The position numbers were made by a program, and so were the translations under genes. Positions 61,943 through 64,000 of a DNA stretch of 64,000 bases are shown piece by piece. The notes beneath the pieces were generated by a model that was not told the origin of the DNA, made no database searches, and was given only the letters and a program-made list of their open reading frames with translations. Location of the stretch: NCBI GenBank assembly GCA_016286035.1, contig JAEERY010000020.1, forward strand, positions 244,020 through 308,019, in the 5' to 3' direction. Each line of letters opens with the position of its first letter. Position 1 is the stretch's first letter. This stretch comes from Lachnospiraceae bacterium. Its GTDB lineage: Bacteria > Bacillota > Clostridia > Lachnospirales > Lachnospiraceae.

Positions 61943-64000
61943 ATGAAAAAGAAGAAAGTGGACAAAATAATTAAAGGTGTAGTTACTGCCGGAGTAGCAC
62001 TCGGCGGAGCCAGCTTCATGACAGACGCTGACATGGTATATGCGGCTGAACTGGATGAAGAAAGTGATACTACTGCCGAAAGCCAACTTGAACAGGGGGA
62101 ATCAACAACCGAGTCAGAATCTGAGTCGGTTACTGAAGATGTGGATGAGTCTACAAATGAACAGAATGGAACAGGCGATGAATTAACTTCTAATGAAACA
62201 TCTGAATCAGAAAATGTTATACAGGATCAGGAAGGGGAATCATCCGAAAACGAAGTCGAGCAGAATATAGATCAGGAATCCAATAATGACGGAGCAGAGG
62301 CTGAAAATCCTGAAACCAGCGATGCGACACAGGATGAAGATCTTACTTCTGAAGCAGTTGTGGAAGATGAGATAACAAGCGATGCTGTTGATGAAATGGG
62401 TTCTGAAACAATAGAATTTCAAACTATGACAATCGTCGGTGGCGGAATGCGTGCTATGATGGCTTCGATTCCTGCAAACGAGAATGGTGAGAATGAGGAA
62501 GAATCGTTATCTACCTCAACAAGCATATCTGAAGCAGAATCATTGTCGATTTATGAGAGCGAATCACTGGCTGATTATCAGACAGAAATGGATGCCGCTC
62601 TTTATAACAATGATGTTATTAAGCAGGAGTATCTGGATAACTATAACACATCTAATAAACTGGTTTTCAATGTTAAAACATGGGATCAGATAAAGGCAAT
62701 CGCAAAGACATGGATAACCAATGCTCTTGTTTTGGATGGAGCAACGGACATCACATTCCTTAGAAACCAGACAACAATTAAGCCCAAAACACCGGGTACT
62801 AATACGGTTAACTATGAAGATCACTACTTTAGCGTAACATATAAAGATAAAGCAGGAGTGGAACATACAGAGTATTATGATACATCACAGGTAAATTCCA
62901 AGGATCAGTTTGTTAATTCCGGTAATCCTACAGATCAGGATAGTAAAAGAATGGTCGTATTAAAGAAGAATCCGGAACTTGATGAAGATGGCAATGTTCA
63001 TAAGAGTGGAGAGTACATATACTTTGTGCCGGAGAATCCGGGGAGTGATGATTTATCAGGTGGAAATAAAAAGGGATCTGTTATTCTCATGTTTGATAAA
63101 ACGTCCTATGTTAAAGAGGAGTTTACTTCTACACTTGATTCTTTAAGTGAAGCTGCACGTGTTAAAGAAAGCGAGAGCTTGAAGAATAGCACCAGTGCCT
63201 CAAGATCAGAAAGCAGAAGTGAATCACAGCAGGCATCAGAAGCTGTAAGTGCAGTTGCAAGTGAAAGTGCATCAGAGAGCAAAGCAACTAGCGAGTCAGC
63301 TAGTGCATCAGATAGTAAGATAGCAAGTGAGATTGCAAGTGCAAGTGAGGCAGCAAGTACATCGGCAAGCTTGGAAGCAAGCGAAGCAGCAAGTACATCG
63401 GCAAGCTTGGAAGCCAGTGAAGCAGCGAGTACATCATCAAGCCTTGCAGCGAGTGAAGCAGCAAGTACATCAGCAAGTACCGCAGCAAGTGAGGCGGCAA
63501 GTACTGTAGCAAGTACCGAGGCCAGCACGATCGCAAGTACATCAGCAAGTACCGCAGCGAGTGAAGCAGCAAGTACGTCATCAAGCCTTGCAGCAAGTGA
63601 AGCAGCAAGTACATCGGCAAGCTTGGAAGCCAGTGAAGCAGCAAGTACATCATCAAGCCTTGCAGCGAGCGAAGCAGCAAGTACATCGGCAAGCTTGGCA
63701 GCAAGTGAGGCGGCAAGTACATCATCAAGCCTTGCAGCAAGTGAGGCAGCAAGTACATCATCAAGCTTGGCAGCAAGTGAGGCGGCAAGTACGTCATCAA
63801 GCCTTGCAGCAAGTGAGGCAGCAAGTACATCGGCAAGCTTGGAAGCAAGCGAAGCAGCAAGTACATCGGCAAGCTTGGAAGCAAGTGAAGCAGCAAGTAC
63901 ATCATCAAGCCTTGCAGCAAGTGAGGCAGCAAGCACATCGGCAAGCCTTGCAGCAAGTACATCATCAAGCTTGGCAGCAAGAGAGGCAGCAAGTACGTCA
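61943..64000 (+). CDS. serine-rich repeat surface protein (SRR adhesin-like), 3'-truncated by window edge
   Basis: ACGAGGT RBS. Signal-like N-terminus [36 protein letters not shown], then an acidic Ser/Glu region, a ~220 aa non-repeat domain, then [12 protein letters not shown]-type 12-aa repeats to the window end. Not in ORF track because it has no stop. Confidence 0.6.
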   Translation, partial: MKKKKVDKIIKGVVTAGVALGGASFMTDADMVYAAELDEESDTTAESQLEQGESTTESESESVTEDVDESTNEQNGTGDELTSNETSESENVIQDQEGESSENEVEQNIDQESNNDGAEAENPETSDATQDEDLTSEAVVEDEITSDAVDEMGSETIEFQTMTIVGGGMRAMMASIPANENGENEEESLSTSTSISEAESLSIYESESLADYQTEMDAALYNNDVIKQEYLDNYNTSNKLVFNVKTWDQIKAIAKTWITNALVLDGATDITFLRNQTTIKPKTPGTNTVNYEDHYFSVTYKDKAGVEHTEYYDTSQVNSKDQFVNSGNPTDQDSKRMVVLKKNPELDEDGNVHKSGEYIYFVPENPGSDDLSGGNKKGSVILMFDKTSYVKEEFTSTLDSLSEAARVKESESLKNSTSASRSESRSESQQASEAVSAVASESASESKATSESASASDSKIASEIASASEAASTSASLEASEAASTSASLEASEAASTSSSLAASEAASTSASTAASEAASTVASTEASTIASTSASTAASEAASTSSSLAASEAASTSASLEASEAASTSSSLAASEAASTSASLAASEAASTSSSLAASEAASTSSSLAASEAASTSSSLAASEAASTSASLEASEAASTSASLEASEAASTSSSLAASEAASTSASLAASTSSSLAAREAASTS
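63300..64000 (+). repeat. 36-nt tandem repeat array (coding SEAASTS[AS]SL[EA]A)
   Basis: GCAAGTGAGGCAGCAAGTACATCGGCAAGCTTGGAA-type units repeated more than 18 times with synonymous/near-synonymous variation. Generates mirror-image spurious ORFs on the - strand. Confidence 0.85.

Noticed and set aside
63106-63992. Two long - strand ORFs (276 and 230 aa) rich in LAASLA / LLP repeats
   Set aside because: They are reverse-complement reading frames of the + strand serine-rich repeat array. The repeat periodicity keeps them open. No RBS, and the + strand ORF has the coherent signal-plus-domain architecture.
1-64000. CRISPR arrays, tRNA/rRNA genes, IS elements, integrases, toxin-antitoxin pairs
   Set aside because: I scanned intergenic regions and repeat structure. 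The only tandem repeats are protein-coding (zinc ribbons, SRR array). No cloverleaf-like ~75-nt structured gaps, no transposase or integrase motifs, and no spacer-repeat periodicity were seen.

Overview
The window reads as a chromosomal segment from a low-GC Firmicute. The ptb-buk pair suggests a Clostridia-type butyrate producer; this is inferred from gene content, not from any search. It is mostly housekeeping on the + strand: mtnA, Fe-ADH, ptb-buk, secA, prfB (with its programmed +1 frameshift), tex, a beta-CASP RNase, thyA, a Na+/solute symporter, and the rpmG-secE-nusG-rplKA / rplJL-rpoBC block. Between thyA and a GH13 debranching enzyme sits a roughly 18 kb surface-glycan locus (20.7-38.3 kb). 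It carries rfbH and rfbG (CDP-3,6-dideoxyhexose), four GT4, two GT2, a GT11, ugd, glf, an LtaS-like sulfatase, an acetyltransferase and large polytopic membrane proteins. The items most worth a second look are listed below. (1) A 4-gene module is inserted between rplA and rplJ: an SPFH/Band-7-like protein with three zinc ribbons, two membrane proteins, and a coiled-coil double-zinc-ribbon protein. (2) A Com/type-IV-pilus-like operon on the - strand begins with a transglutaminase-like lipoprotein and has no assembly ATPase in cis; a canonical pilT sits 16 kb away next to an orphan FliD-like cap protein. (3) A serine-rich-repeat surface protein with 36-nt tandem repeats runs off the 3' end. (4) L10, RpoB and RpoC all carry acidic low-complexity C-terminal tails. 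No rRNA, tRNA, CRISPR array or transposase could be supported. Almost all - strand ORFs in the track inside + strand genes are antisense artefacts.
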